Source of the DNA: Alphaproteobacteria bacterium
Lineage (GTDB): Bacteria > Pseudomonadota > Alphaproteobacteria > MPNO01
DNA length: 64,000 nucleotides
NCBI GenBank assembly: GCA_964291675.2
Contig: OZ219865.1
Span: 384,001 to 448,000, forward strand
Direction of reading: 5' to 3'
The notes under the pieces were generated by a model. It worked only from the letters and a program-made list of their open reading frames with translations, ran no database searches and was not told the origin of the DNA. The translations under genes were made by a program, and so were the position numbers. The number at the start of each line of letters is the position of its first letter. The first letter of the stretch is position 1. Of the stretch, positions 32,991-42,470 are shown one piece after another.

Positions 32991-35390
32991 TCAGGCGGCG
33001 CGGCGCCGGCGCCACTGGCTCAGCAGCACCAGGGCGAGCACCGCCAGGCCGAACGGGTAGACGATCTCCTTGGGCGGGCGGTCGACCTGCTCGACGTCGA
33101 TATCGGTGATCCGGTCGCCGAAGGTGAGCCCCGCCTTCTCGGCCGGGCCGTTGAAGGCGGTGTCGCTCACCTCGTAGCCGCCGCCCTCGGCCGGGCCGAG
33201 CTCGATCCCGACGCGCTGCGCCAGCGACTGCCGGCCCTCCGGCGGCGGCGGGACGATGGTGAACAGCTTGTAGCGGTCGCCGTAATCGGTCGACCGCACC
33301 GCGTGCAGGCGGATCTTGCGGTCCTCCGGGATCTGTCCGGGCGATGCCTCGACTTCGGCGAGTCCTATGGACGAGAACTCGGGCTTGACCAGGTTGAGCA
33401 CGAAATCCGGCCGGAACAGCGAGACGATCACCAGCGCCAGCAGAACCCCCTCCCAGAGGCGCACCCTGACCAGCAGCCAGCCCTGGGTCAGCGCGCTGAA
33501 GGCGAGGATCGCGATCAGCGAGACCGCGAACACCAGCGCGCCGTGGCCCACGCTGTCGACGCCGATGAGCAGGAGCTCCGGGTTGAACACGAAGACCAGC
33601 GGCAGGATCGCGGTGCGGATGTCGTAGAGGAAGGACTGCACCCCGGTGCGCAGCGGATCGGCCCCCGATATGGCCGACGCGGCGAAGGCCGCGAGACAGA
33701 CCGGCGGCGTCGAATCCGCCATCAGCCCGAAATAGAACACGAACAGGTGGACGGCGATCAGCGGCAGGACGAGCCCCGACGCGTTGCCCAGCTCGACGAT
33801 GACGCCGGCCATCAGCGAGGCGACGACGATGTAGTTCGCCGTCGTCGGCAGACCCATGCCGAGGATGATGCAGACCACCGCGGTGAGCAGCAGCAGGATG
33901 TAGACGTTGCCGCCCGAGATCGCCTCGACCACGCCGACCATGGCGTTGTTGAGCCCGGTCGAGGAGACCGCGCCGACGATGATTCCGGCGGTCGCGACCG
34001 CGACCGCGATGTTCACCATGTTGCGCGCGCCGGACACCAGCCCGTCATAGATCTCCACGAACCCGTCGGCGACCGCGCGGGCGATGCCACGCTCGCCGCC
34101 GCGCAAGGCGGCCACCGCGTGCTGGATCACGATGATCGCCATCAGCAGCATGATCGACCAGAAGACGGCGCTGCCCGCGGTCCAGCGCTCGACCATCAGC
34201 AAATAGATCAGCACGACGATCGGGATCAGGAAATGAACGCCGCGCACGAAGGTGCGGCGCAGATGCGGAATATCCGCCCGCGGCAGCCCGGACAGGCCGA
34301 GCTTGAGCGCCTCGAGGTGCGAGATGTAGAGCAGCGCCATGTAGCTGATCGCCGCGGGTATGGCGGCGGCGACGATGACGTCGAAATAGCTGATGCCGAT
34401 GAACTCGGCGATGATGAACGCCGCCGCCCCCATGATCGGCGGCATGATCTGGCCGTTGGTCGAGGCGGCGACCTCGATCGCGCCCGCCTTGGTGGCGGGC
34501 ATGCCGATGCGGCGCATGACCGGGATGGTGAAGGTGCCGGTGGTCACGACATTGGCGATCGACGAGCCGGAGATCATGCCGGTCATGCCCGAGGCCAGGA
34601 TCGCCGCCTTGGCCGGACCGCCGCGATAGCGCCCGACCATGGCAAACGACAGGTCGAGGAAGTACTGGCCGGCGCCCGCCTTGTCCAAGAGCGCGCCGAA
34701 CAGCACGAACAGGAAGACGAAGCTGACCGATACGTCGATCGGGATGCCGAAGATCGCCTCGCCGCCGAGCCACTGATAGCCGATCAGACGCTCCAGCGAG
34801 ACCCCCTTGTGGGAGACGATCTCGGGCATCGACTGGCCGAAGATCGAATAGAGCAGGAACACCCCGGCGACGATCACCAGCGGGATGCCGATGCTGCGCC
34901 GCGTCGCCTCCAGCAGGAGCAGGATCCCGATGCCGCCGACGATCGCCTCGACCGGGAGGGCGAACTCCCGGCCGAACAGCGAGACGTCGTAGCTCAGCAG
35001 GATTCCCTGGCGCGCGACCAGGCCGTCATAGCCGAGAAACAGGTAGAGCGCCGCGCCGCAGCCGAGCAGCGCGAGCGCGACATCGTAGAGCGGCAGGCCG
35101 CGGTCGCGCCCGAGCCGCTTGGAGAGCGGAAACAGGAGGAAGCAGAGGACCAGCCCGAAGGCGAGATGGACGCCCCGCGCCGGCACGTCGACGATGATGC
35201 CGAAGCCGAGCGCGAACGGCAGCGGCGAGGCGATCCAGAGCTGGAAGAGCGACCACAGCGCGGCGATGCCGCCGACCAGGGCGGCGAGCCATGGCGCCAT
35301 CCCGCGGCCGCCGTCCTCCAGCTCTTCGAGCGTTTCCCGGACCCGCGCCGCCGATGGCTCCGCCTGGTCGCCGTAGTCGCGCTCCGCCAT
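32991..35390 (-). CDS. TAXI-TRAP transporter fused permease (4TM/12TM)
   Basis: GGPAKAA, SGSSIANVVTTG, MPPIMGAAAF and GMGLPTTANY motifs. Confidence 0.93.
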   Translation of the reverse strand: MAERDYGDQAEPSAARVRETLEELEDGGRGMAPWLAALVGGIAALWSLFQLWIASPLPFALGFGIIVDVPARGVHLAFGLVLCFLLFPLSKRLGRDRGLPLYDVALALLGCGAALYLFLGYDGLVARQGILLSYDVSLFGREFALPVEAIVGGIGILLLLEATRRSIGIPLVIVAGVFLLYSIFGQSMPEIVSHKGVSLERLIGYQWLGGEAIFGIPIDVSVSFVFLFVLFGALLDKAGAGQYFLDLSFAMVGRYRGGPAKAAILASGMTGMISGSSIANVVTTGTFTIPVMRRIGMPATKAGAIEVAASTNGQIMPPIMGAAAFIIAEFIGISYFDVIVAAAIPAAISYMALLYISHLEALKLGLSGLPRADIPHLRRTFVRGVHFLIPIVVLIYLLMVERWTAGSAVFWSIMLLMAIIVIQHAVAALRGGERGIARAVADGFVEIYDGLVSGARNMVNIAVAVATAGIIVGAVSSTGLNNAMVGVVEAISGGNVYILLLLTAVVCIILGMGLPTTANYIVVASLMAGVIVELGNASGLVLPLIAVHLFVFYFGLMADSTPPVCLAAFAASAISGADPLRTGVQSFLYDIRTAILPLVFVFNPELLLIGVDSVGHGALVFAVSLIAILAFSALTQGWLLVRVRLWEGVLLALVIVSLFRPDFVLNLVKPEFSSIGLAEVEASPGQIPEDRKIRLHAVRSTDYGDRYKLFTIVPPPPEGRQSLAQRVGIELGPAEGGGYEVSDTAFNGPAEKAGLTFGDRITDIDVEQVDRPPKEIVYPFGLAVLALVLLSQWRRRRAA

Positions 35391-35408
35391 CCGTCACCCG
35401 GACGAATA

Positions 35409-35449
35409 GGGGCGGGTCCCGCGCGGCATCGCCGGCGGGTACCCGCCCC
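35409..35449. other. Intergenic stem-loop between the TAXI receptor and permease genes
   Basis: GGGGCGGGT...ACCCGCCCC inverted repeat; possible mRNA stabiliser or partial terminator. Confidence 0.5.
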
Positions 35450-35482
35450 GGTCGGAGTAGAACCAGATGCGCCGGCGGCCGG

Positions 35483-36481
35483 CTACATCAAGCCCTTCTC
35501 CTTGTAGTACTTGGCCGCTCCGTTGTGCAGCGGCGCCGACAGCCCGTCCTTCATCATCCGCTTCGGGTCGAGGTTGCGGAACGCCGGATGCAGCTTGCGG
35601 AAATCCGCGATGTTCTCCAGCGCCGCCCGGGTCACCTCATAGACCACCTGGTCGGACACGTCGGCGCTGGTGACGAACGTCGCCATCACGCCGAAGGTCG
35701 TAACGTCGGCGGCGGTGCTCTTGTAGGTCCCCTTCGGGATGGTCGCGAACGCATAGAACGGGTTCCCGGAGACCAGCTTCTTCTCGACCATGCCGGCCAG
35801 GTTGATGATGCGCGCGCCGCACCCGTCGGTGGCGACCGCGACCCCGGCATTGGGCACGCCGACGGTGTAGCCGTAGCCGTCGATCTTGCCGTCGCACAGC
35901 GCCTTGGACTGCTCGGTCGAGGTCAGCTCGGAGGCCAGCTTGAAGTCGCCGACCTTGGTTCCATAGGCCTTCATCAGCACTTCGGTGGTGCCGCGCTGGC
36001 CGGAGCCGGGATTGCCGATATTGAACCTCTTGCCCTTCAAATCGGCCCAGGAATTGATGCCCGAATCCTTGCCCACGATGATGTGGTAGGGCTCCGGATG
36101 GACCGAGAACACCGCGCGCAGCTTCTTGAAGTGGGTCACCTTGTCGGACGACCCGTTATAGGAATGGTATTGCCAGTCGGACTGGGCGACGCCGAAATCG
36201 AGCTCGCCGGCGGCGATCTGCCCGATATTGTAGGTCGACCCGCCGGTCGAGGGCGCCGAGCAGCGGATGCCGTGCTTGCGGCCCTTCTTGCGGCCTTCCG
36301 CGGCCTCCTTGTGGACCAGACGGCAGATCGTGTTGCCGACGACGAAATAGACGCCGGTGGGACCGCCGGTACCGATGGAGATGAATGTCCGCTTGCTGGC
36401 CGCCTCGGCCGTACCCGCCGCGCTCAGCGCAAGCCCGGCGGCGGCCGCGACGGCGGCGAGCGCTCCGATTCTCTTAACCAT
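35483..36481 (-). CDS. TAXI family TRAP solute-binding protein
   Basis: Signal peptide; IGTGGPTGVYF, STGGSTYN, GNPGSGQR and PLHNGAAKYY motifs. Confidence 0.95.
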   Translation of the reverse strand: MVKRIGALAAVAAAAGLALSAAGTAEAASKRTFISIGTGGPTGVYFVVGNTICRLVHKEAAEGRKKGRKHGIRCSAPSTGGSTYNIGQIAAGELDFGVAQSDWQYHSYNGSSDKVTHFKKLRAVFSVHPEPYHIIVGKDSGINSWADLKGKRFNIGNPGSGQRGTTEVLMKAYGTKVGDFKLASELTSTEQSKALCDGKIDGYGYTVGVPNAGVAVATDGCGARIINLAGMVEKKLVSGNPFYAFATIPKGTYKSTAADVTTFGVMATFVTSADVSDQVVYEVTRAALENIADFRKLHPAFRNLDPKRMMKDGLSAPLHNGAAKYYKEKGLM

Positions 36482-36569
36482 GATGTGTTCTCCCTAGCTG
36501 TCGGGTTCCGGCGCTCCGCGCCGACGACTTGAGCGACGCGATCTTCCCGCATGGAAGTGCCGGGACTTC

Positions 36570-36598
36570 AGGCTAGTGAGGGGCCGGGGGGGCGTCAA
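36570..36598 (-). promoter_or_regulatory. Sigma70-type promoter for the TAXI operon
   Basis: Minus strand TTGACG-N17-TAGCCT. Confidence 0.55.
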
Positions 36599-36663
36599 GC
36601 GCGATACGCCCCGCGGGCGCCGGTTTGTCCGGCCCCTCCAAGGGACACCAATGCGCGGAAGCC

Positions 36664-36870
36664 CTACGGCAGGCGAATCAGCAAGCCGAGGACGATCACC
36701 GCAAGGGAGAACATGCCGGCAACCGCCAGCAACAGGCGGGTTTCGCGCTTCGCCATGTCCTCGGCGAGGCGCGCGATGTCGGTCCGGTACTCGGCCTGCC
36801 GCGTTTCGGTCCTCGCTTCTACCGCCGCCACTTCGCCCTCCAGCCGCGCCAGCCGTTCGGAAAGCGCCAT
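36664..36870 (-). CDS. Small coiled-coil protein with C-terminal TM (68 aa), probably leaderless
   Basis: [14 protein letters not shown]...[19 protein letters not shown] followed by a hydrophobic tail; TTGAAG-N17-TACCTT ends 6 nt before ATG. Confidence 0.65.
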   Translation of the reverse strand: MALSERLARLEGEVAAVEARTETRQAEYRTDIARLAEDMAKRETRLLLAVAGMFSLAVIVLGLLIRLP

Positions 36871-36949
36871 GTCCCGAAGGTAGCAGCGGCCTGCTCTTTC
36901 TTCAAGTTTCGGCCCGCGCGACGGGTTGGGGAGCGGGGCCCGCATTTGT

Positions 36950-36978
36950 TTGAATTTCCGGTGCCATGTGCCTATAAG
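36950..36978 (+). promoter_or_regulatory. Sigma70-type promoter of the nuo operon
   Basis: TTGAAT-N17-TATAAG, ~60 nt before nuoA. Confidence 0.6.
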
Positions 36979-37038
36979 TCCTGCATCGAATTGCCTGCCG
37001 CCGGGGCGGTTCCGCGGACAACCCCGGGGAGGGGAGAG

Positions 37039-37410
37039 ATGGCGCTGGACTCGATGCTGCTCGAGTATCTGCCGATCCTGATTTTCCTCGGCATCGCCGT
37101 GGCGATGGCCGTGGCGGCGGTGGCCGCCTCCTACATCATCGCCCGGCAGCGGCCCGACAGCGAGAAGGTCTCGGCCTACGAATGCGGTTTCGAGGCGTTC
37201 GACGACGCGCGCAGCCAGTTCGACGTGCGCTTCTACCTCGTCGCCATCCTGTTCATCATCTTCGATCTCGAAATCGCGTTCCTGTTCCCCTGGGCGATCT
37301 CGCTCGGGGCGATCGGCATGCTGGGCTTCTGGTCGATGGTGGTCTTCCTCGCGGTGCTGACCATCGGCTTCGTGTACGAATGGAAGAAGGGCGCACTCGA
37401 ATGGGAGTGA
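37039..37410 (+). CDS. nuoA: NADH-quinone oxidoreductase subunit A
   Basis: [21 protein letters not shown] and [10 protein letters not shown] motifs. Confidence 0.96.
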   Translation: MALDSMLLEYLPILIFLGIAVAMAVAAVAASYIIARQRPDSEKVSAYECGFEAFDDARSQFDVRFYLVAILFIIFDLEIAFLFPWAISLGAIGMLGFWSMVVFLAVLTIGFVYEWKKGALEWE

Positions 37411-37922
37411 GCGTCAACCCCGCCGACACCGGCGCGGCGATGCGGGCGATCGGTGCCGAGCTGTCCGACAAGGGGTTCATCGTCACCCAGGTCGACAAGC
37501 TGATGAGCTGGGCGCAGAGCGGGTCGCTGTGGCCGATGACCTTCGGGCTGGCCTGCTGCGCGGTGGAGATGATGCACTCGGCGGCGAGCCGCTACGATCT
37601 CGACCGCTTCGGGGTGATCTTCCGCCCCAGCCCGCGCCAGTCCGACGTGATGATCGTCGCCGGAACGCTGACCAACAAGATGGCCCCGGCGCTGCGCAAG
37701 GTCTACGACCAGATGGCCGAGCCGCGCTGGGTGATCTCGATGGGGAGCTGCGCCAATGGCGGCGGCTACTACCACTACTCCTACTCCGTGGTACGAGGCT
37801 GCGACCGGATCGTCCCGGTCGACATCTACGTTCCCGGCTGCCCGCCGACGGCGGAGGCGCTGCTCTATGGGATTCTCCAGCTTCAGAAGAAGATCAAGCG
37901 GACGAGCAGCTTCGCCCGTTGA
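37401..37922 (+). CDS. nuoB: NADH-quinone oxidoreductase subunit B
   Basis: [10 protein letters not shown] and PGCPP motifs. Confidence 0.96.
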   Translation: MGVSVNPADTGAAMRAIGAELSDKGFIVTQVDKLMSWAQSGSLWPMTFGLACCAVEMMHSAASRYDLDRFGVIFRPSPRQSDVMIVAGTLTNKMAPALRKVYDQMAEPRWVISMGSCANGGGYYHYSYSVVRGCDRIVPVDIYVPGCPPTAEALLYGILQLQKKIKRTSSFAR

Positions 37923-37960
37923 CCGGTGACATCGACCCAGCGGACCGCGCAAGGCACAGG

Positions 37961-38578
37961 ATGAACCAGGCGCTCATCGAACTCGGCGAGTATGTCGGCG
38001 CGGCGCTGCCGGTCGACGGCGCCGAAATCTCGGCGGCCGGGGACGAGCTCGTGCTCGCCGTGCCGGCCGCCGAGCTCGAGCGCGCGCTGACCTGGCTGCG
38101 CGACGACCCGCAATGCCTGTTCGAGATGCTGGTCGACATATGCGGCGTCGACTACCCGGAACGCGCGCGGCGCTTCGAGGTGGTCTACAACCTGCTCAGC
38201 CTGCGCCACAACCAGCGCATCCGGGTCAAGCTGTCGGCCGATGCCGAGACCCCGGTGCCGTCGGCGGTCGGCGTCTACTCCGCCGCCGGCTGGTACGAGC
38301 GCGAGGCCTGGGACCTCTACGGCATCTTCTTCACCGGCAACCCGGATCTGCGCCGGATCATGACCGATTACGGGTTCGAGGGGCATCCGCTCAGGAAGGA
38401 CTTTCCGCTGACCGGCTTCGTCGAGCTGCGCTACGACGACGAGCAGAAGCGCTGCGCCTACGAGCCGGTGCAGCTCACCCAGGATTTTCGCGACTTCGAC
38501 TTCATGAGCCCGTGGGAGGGTGCCCGATACGTCCTGCCGGGCGACGAGAAGGCCGCCGAGGGCGGCGACGGGGACTGA
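37961..38578 (+). CDS. nuoC: NADH-quinone oxidoreductase subunit C
   Basis: [11 protein letters not shown] and [10 protein letters not shown] motifs. Confidence 0.95.
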   Translation: MNQALIELGEYVGAALPVDGAEISAAGDELVLAVPAAELERALTWLRDDPQCLFEMLVDICGVDYPERARRFEVVYNLLSLRHNQRIRVKLSADAETPVPSAVGVYSAAGWYEREAWDLYGIFFTGNPDLRRIMTDYGFEGHPLRKDFPLTGFVELRYDDEQKRCAYEPVQLTQDFRDFDFMSPWEGARYVLPGDEKAAEGGDGD

Positions 38579-38579
38579 C

Positions 38580-39758
38580 TTGGCCGAGACCGAGATCAAG
38601 AACCTGACGATGAATTTCGGCCCGCAGCACCCTGCCGCGCACGGCGTGCTCAGGCTGGTGGTCGAGATGGACGGCGAGGTGATCGAGCGCGCCGACCCGC
38701 ATATCGGCCTCTTGCACCGCGGCACCGAGAAGCTGATCGAGCACAAGACCTATGTCCAGGCGGTGCCCTATTTCGACCGGCTGGACTACGTCTCGCCGAT
38801 GTGCCAGGAGCACGCCTTCGCGCTGGCGACGGAAAGGCTGCTGGGCATCGCGGTGCCCGAGCGCGGGCAATACATCCGGGTGCTGTTCAGCGAGATCACC
38901 CGCCTGCTCAACCACATCATGAATGTCTGCGCCTTCGCGCTCGACGTGGGCGCGATGACGCCGTTCCTCTGGGGCTTCGAGGAACGCGAGAAAATGATGG
39001 GGTTCTACGACAAGGTCTCCGGCGCCCGGCTGCACGCCGCCTATTTCCGGCCGGGCGGGGTGCACCGCGACATGCCGGCCGGGCTGGCCGACGAGATCGC
39101 CGCGTTCTGCGGGACCTTCCCGAAATTCATCGACGATACCGAGTCGCTGCTCACCGAGAACCGCATCTTCAAGCAGCGCACCGTCGACATCGGCACGGTC
39201 TCCCGCGAGGACGCGCTCGACTGGGGGCTCACGGGCCCCATGCTCAGGGGCTCGGGCGTGCCCTGGGATCTGCGCAAGGCCCAGCCCTACGACGTCTACG
39301 GGCGGATGGATTTCGACATTCCGGTAGGCCGGAACGGCGACTGCTACGACCGCTACCTCGTGCGGATCGAGGAGATGCGCCAGTCGCTGCGCATCGTCGA
39401 GCAGTGCCTCGGCGCGCTGCCCGACGGTCCGGTCAAGACCGAGGACGGCAAGGTATCGCCGCCCTCCCGGGCCGAGATGAAGGGCTCGATGGAGGCGCTG
39501 ATCCACCACTTCAAGCTCTATACCGAGGGCTACAAGGTGCCGGCGGGCGAGACCTATACGGCGGTCGAGGCGCCGAAGGGCGAGTTCGGCGTCTATCTCG
39601 TCTCCGACGGCAGCAACAAGCCCTATCGCTGCAAGATTCGCGCGCCCGGCTTCGCCTTCCTCCAGGCGACCGAGTTCATGTCCAAGGGCCACATGCTGGC
39701 CGATCTGGTGGCCATCGTGGGCTCGATGGACATCGTGTTCGGGGAGATCGACCGGTGA
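38580..39758 (+). CDS. nuoD: NADH-quinone oxidoreductase subunit D
   Basis: [15 protein letters not shown] and DIVFGEIDR motifs; TTG start. Confidence 0.96.
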   Translation: MAETEIKNLTMNFGPQHPAAHGVLRLVVEMDGEVIERADPHIGLLHRGTEKLIEHKTYVQAVPYFDRLDYVSPMCQEHAFALATERLLGIAVPERGQYIRVLFSEITRLLNHIMNVCAFALDVGAMTPFLWGFEEREKMMGFYDKVSGARLHAAYFRPGGVHRDMPAGLADEIAAFCGTFPKFIDDTESLLTENRIFKQRTVDIGTVSREDALDWGLTGPMLRGSGVPWDLRKAQPYDVYGRMDFDIPVGRNGDCYDRYLVRIEEMRQSLRIVEQCLGALPDGPVKTEDGKVSPPSRAEMKGSMEALIHHFKLYTEGYKVPAGETYTAVEAPKGEFGVYLVSDGSNKPYRCKIRAPGFAFLQATEFMSKGHMLADLVAIVGSMDIVFGEIDR

Positions 39759-40357
39759 GCGGGGGTTTCGCGCTGACGCCCGAGAACCGGGCCAAGGCCG
39801 AGGCCTTCGTCGCGCGCTACCCCGAAGGGCGGCAGGCCTCGGCGGTGCTCGCCGTGCTTGACATCGCGCAGCGCCAGAACGGCGGCTGGCTGTCGCCGTC
39901 GGCGGTCGAGCACGTCGCCCGGATGCTCGACATGGCGGAGATCCGGATCTACGAGATCGTATCGTTCTACGAGATGCTGCACGCCGAACCGGTGGGCGAG
40001 CACATGGTCAGGGTCTGCACCACCACCCCCTGCATGCTGCGCGGCAGCACCGACATTCTGGAGGCCTGCAAGGGCGAGCTCGGCGTCGAGATCGGCGGCA
40101 CCACCGCGGACGGCAAGTTCACCCTGACCGAGTTCGAGTGCCTCGGCGCCTGCGTCAACGCGCCGATCGTCTGGATCGACGACGACTACTACGAGGATCT
40201 CGACCCGGAGAGGGTTGTGGCGATCCTCAAGGCGTTGCGCGCCGGAGAACCGCCCGAGCCGGGCTCGCAGATCGGCCGCCGGGGATCGGCGCCGCTCGGC
40301 GAATGGACCTCGCAGACCGGGTTCGCGCCCGCCGGCGGGGCGGGGGAGGGCGGCTGA
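39755..40357 (+). CDS. nuoE: NADH-quinone oxidoreductase subunit E
   Basis: CTTTPC and [10 protein letters not shown] motifs; GTG start. Confidence 0.94.
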   Translation: MSGGFALTPENRAKAEAFVARYPEGRQASAVLAVLDIAQRQNGGWLSPSAVEHVARMLDMAEIRIYEIVSFYEMLHAEPVGEHMVRVCTTTPCMLRGSTDILEACKGELGVEIGGTTADGKFTLTEFECLGACVNAPIVWIDDDYYEDLDPERVVAILKALRAGEPPEPGSQIGRRGSAPLGEWTSQTGFAPAGGAGEGG

Positions 40358-41646
40358 TGGCGCTCGCCGACAAAGACCGCATCTTCACCAACCTCTACGG
40401 CCAGGACGACTGGCGGCTCGCCGGGGCCAGGCGGCGCGGCGACTGGGACGGTACCGGCGCGCTGCTCGCCAAGGGGCGCGACTGGGCGGTCGAGGAGGTC
40501 AAGTCGTCGGGGCTTCGCGGGCGCGGCGGGGCCGGGTTCCCGACCGGGCTCAAATGGTCCTTCATGCCCAGGGAATCGGACGGCCGGCCGTCATATCTCG
40601 TCGTCAACGCGGACGAGAGCGAGCCCGGAACCTGCAAGGATCGCGACATCTTGCGGAACGATCCCCACAAGCTGATCGAAGGGTCGCTGCTGGCCGGCTT
40701 CGCCATGGGGGCGCACACCGCCTTCATCTACGTGCGCGGCGAGTTCTTCCGCGAGGCCGAGCGGCTGGAGACGGCGGTCGGCGAGGCGCGCGAGGCCGGG
40801 CTGATCGGTCCCGACGCCTGCGGCTCGGGCTGGGATTTCGACATCGTCGTCCATCGCGGCGCCGGCGCCTATATCTGCGGCGAGGAGACCGGGCTCCTGG
40901 AAAGCCTCGAGGGCAAGAAGGGGATGCCCCGGATCAAGCCGCCGTTTCCGGCCAATACCGGTCTCTACGGCTGTCCGACGACGATCAACAACGTCGAGAC
41001 GATCGCCGTGGTGCCGGCGATCCTGCGCCGCGGCGCCTCCTGGTTCGCCGGGTTCGGACGGGAGAACAACACCGGCACCAAGGTGTTCTGCATCTCCGGC
41101 CATGTGAACGACCCGTGCAACGTCGAAGAGGAGATGGGGATCCCGCTGCGCGAGCTGATCGAGAAGCACGCCGGCGGGGTGCGCGGCGGCTGGGACAACC
41201 TCAAGGCGGTGATCCCGGGCGGCTCGTCGGTACCGCTCATCCCGAGATCGCTGTGCGACACCGCGATCATGGACTTCGACGGGCTGCGCGACCTCAAGTC
41301 GGGGCTCGGCACGGCGGCGGTGATCGTCATGGACGAATCGACCGACGTGGTCGCAGCCATCGCCCGGCTGTCGAAGTTCTACATGCACGAATCCTGCGGC
41401 CAGTGCACGCCCTGCCGCGAGGGCACGGGCTGGATGTGGCGGGTGATGGAGCGGCTGGTCCGCGGCGATGCCGAGGTCGAGGAGATCGACATGCTGCTCG
41501 CCGTGAGCTACGAGATCGAGGGCCACACGATCTGCGCCCACGGCGACGCCTCGGCCTGGCCGATCCAGGGCCTGATGCGCCACTTCCGCGACGAGGTGGA
41601 GAGCCGCATCGTCGCCCGCAAGTCGGGCCGCGAGGCGGCGGCGTAG
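40357..41646 (+). CDS. nuoF: NADH-quinone oxidoreductase subunit F
   Basis: [19 protein letters not shown] and [12 protein letters not shown] motifs. Confidence 0.96.
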   Translation: MALADKDRIFTNLYGQDDWRLAGARRRGDWDGTGALLAKGRDWAVEEVKSSGLRGRGGAGFPTGLKWSFMPRESDGRPSYLVVNADESEPGTCKDRDILRNDPHKLIEGSLLAGFAMGAHTAFIYVRGEFFREAERLETAVGEAREAGLIGPDACGSGWDFDIVVHRGAGAYICGEETGLLESLEGKKGMPRIKPPFPANTGLYGCPTTINNVETIAVVPAILRRGASWFAGFGRENNTGTKVFCISGHVNDPCNVEEEMGIPLRELIEKHAGGVRGGWDNLKAVIPGGSSVPLIPRSLCDTAIMDFDGLRDLKSGLGTAAVIVMDESTDVVAAIARLSKFYMHESCGQCTPCREGTGWMWRVMERLVRGDAEVEEIDMLLAVSYEIEGHTICAHGDASAWPIQGLMRHFRDEVESRIVARKSGREAAA

Positions 41647-41651
41647 ACGGG

Positions 41652-42248
41652 ATGTCCGAGCTCCGGATCGAGTATCTGGTCCTGTTCGCGGGGTTCGTGC
41701 TGCCCGGCGCGATATCGATGTATGTGTATGCGTTGAATGTTCCTCAAAGAGAAGAAAACCTGAAGAATAAGATAATCGAATGTATTTGCTTCAGCATTTT
41801 GAATTTTATTGTTATGATAGTTCCGATCCGATACGCGCTGGAACACTGGAACTTGAACGATAACTTTATATGGAGCTATGCTCTCTTAATTTTGTCCTTT
41901 ATTGCGATGCCCATTATTTGGCCATATATTTTGATCCAGTTGCTGGATAAATTCGAGAAGTTTCGTTGGATCGCTCCGCGCCCGAAGACTTCTTGGGATT
42001 TCGTGTTCCAAAAAGAGACCGGCTGTTGGCTGCAGGTCGCGATGAAGGACGGTAGCCGGATCGGCGGGAAGTTCAGCCAGAATTCATACGCAACCGCCTA
42101 TCCGGATCCCGGCCATCTCTATCTTGAAGAGGTCTGGGAAGTGGATGGCGATGGCGGTTTCCTGAGGCAGTACCTGAACGAGCCCGGGATAATCTTGAGG
42201 CCCGAAGACTATAACTATGTCCTCGTCTATGGAGGTGGAGATGGATGA
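41652..42248 (+). CDS. Low-GC membrane protein, DUF6338-like
   Basis: Three predicted TMs (FVLPG motif), then SWDFVF...G.RIGG.F...S.A..YP...HLYLEE.W...GIIL; visibly AT-rich relative to nuo genes. Confidence 0.75.
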   Translation: MSELRIEYLVLFAGFVLPGAISMYVYALNVPQREENLKNKIIECICFSILNFIVMIVPIRYALEHWNLNDNFIWSYALLILSFIAMPIIWPYILIQLLDKFEKFRWIAPRPKTSWDFVFQKETGCWLQVAMKDGSRIGGKFSQNSYATAYPDPGHLYLEEVWEVDGDGGFLRQYLNEPGIILRPEDYNYVLVYGGGDG

Positions 42249-42417
42249 AAAACGGAAGGGACAAAGGCGAGTTTCCTCGCGCGGCGTCTTGGGGGAGAGG
42301 TTCGGTTATCAGCCGCAAACCGCCGCGCCGGCCAATCCGCCCACGGGCAAAGGTTCGAAGTCTGCGCCAAAGAGCGGTGCGAGCGGTTCGTCGTCCGATA
42401 GCAAGAAAACGAAGTAG
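42241..42417 (+). CDS. Small basic Ser/Gly/Pro-rich peptide (58 aa) with GYQP...NPP.G.GS motif
   Basis: GGAGGTGGAG RBS; ATG overlaps the end of the DUF6338-like gene. Confidence 0.55.
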   Translation: MDEKRKGQRRVSSRGVLGERFGYQPQTAAPANPPTGKGSKSAPKSGASGSSSDSKKTK

Positions 42418-42470
42418 GCCCGCGGCGGGGCGGGATCGCTGACAGGTTAAGCGTCTGAAATGACTATGCC

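Noticed and set aside
32991-33330. PDZ-like C-terminal extension of the TRAP permease (GPAEKAGLTFGDRI)
   Set aside because: A recurring feature of long TAXI-type fused permeases; not novel
36578-36650. Multi-stem sequence ending in ACCA as a possible tRNA-like RNA
   Set aside because: No T-loop or D-loop consensus, and it overlaps the TAXI promoter
40215-42248. 677-aa ORF that appears to fuse a long N-terminus to the DUF6338-like protein
   Set aside because: The first ~480 aa are an off-frame reading of nuoE/nuoF; the real start is ATG 41652
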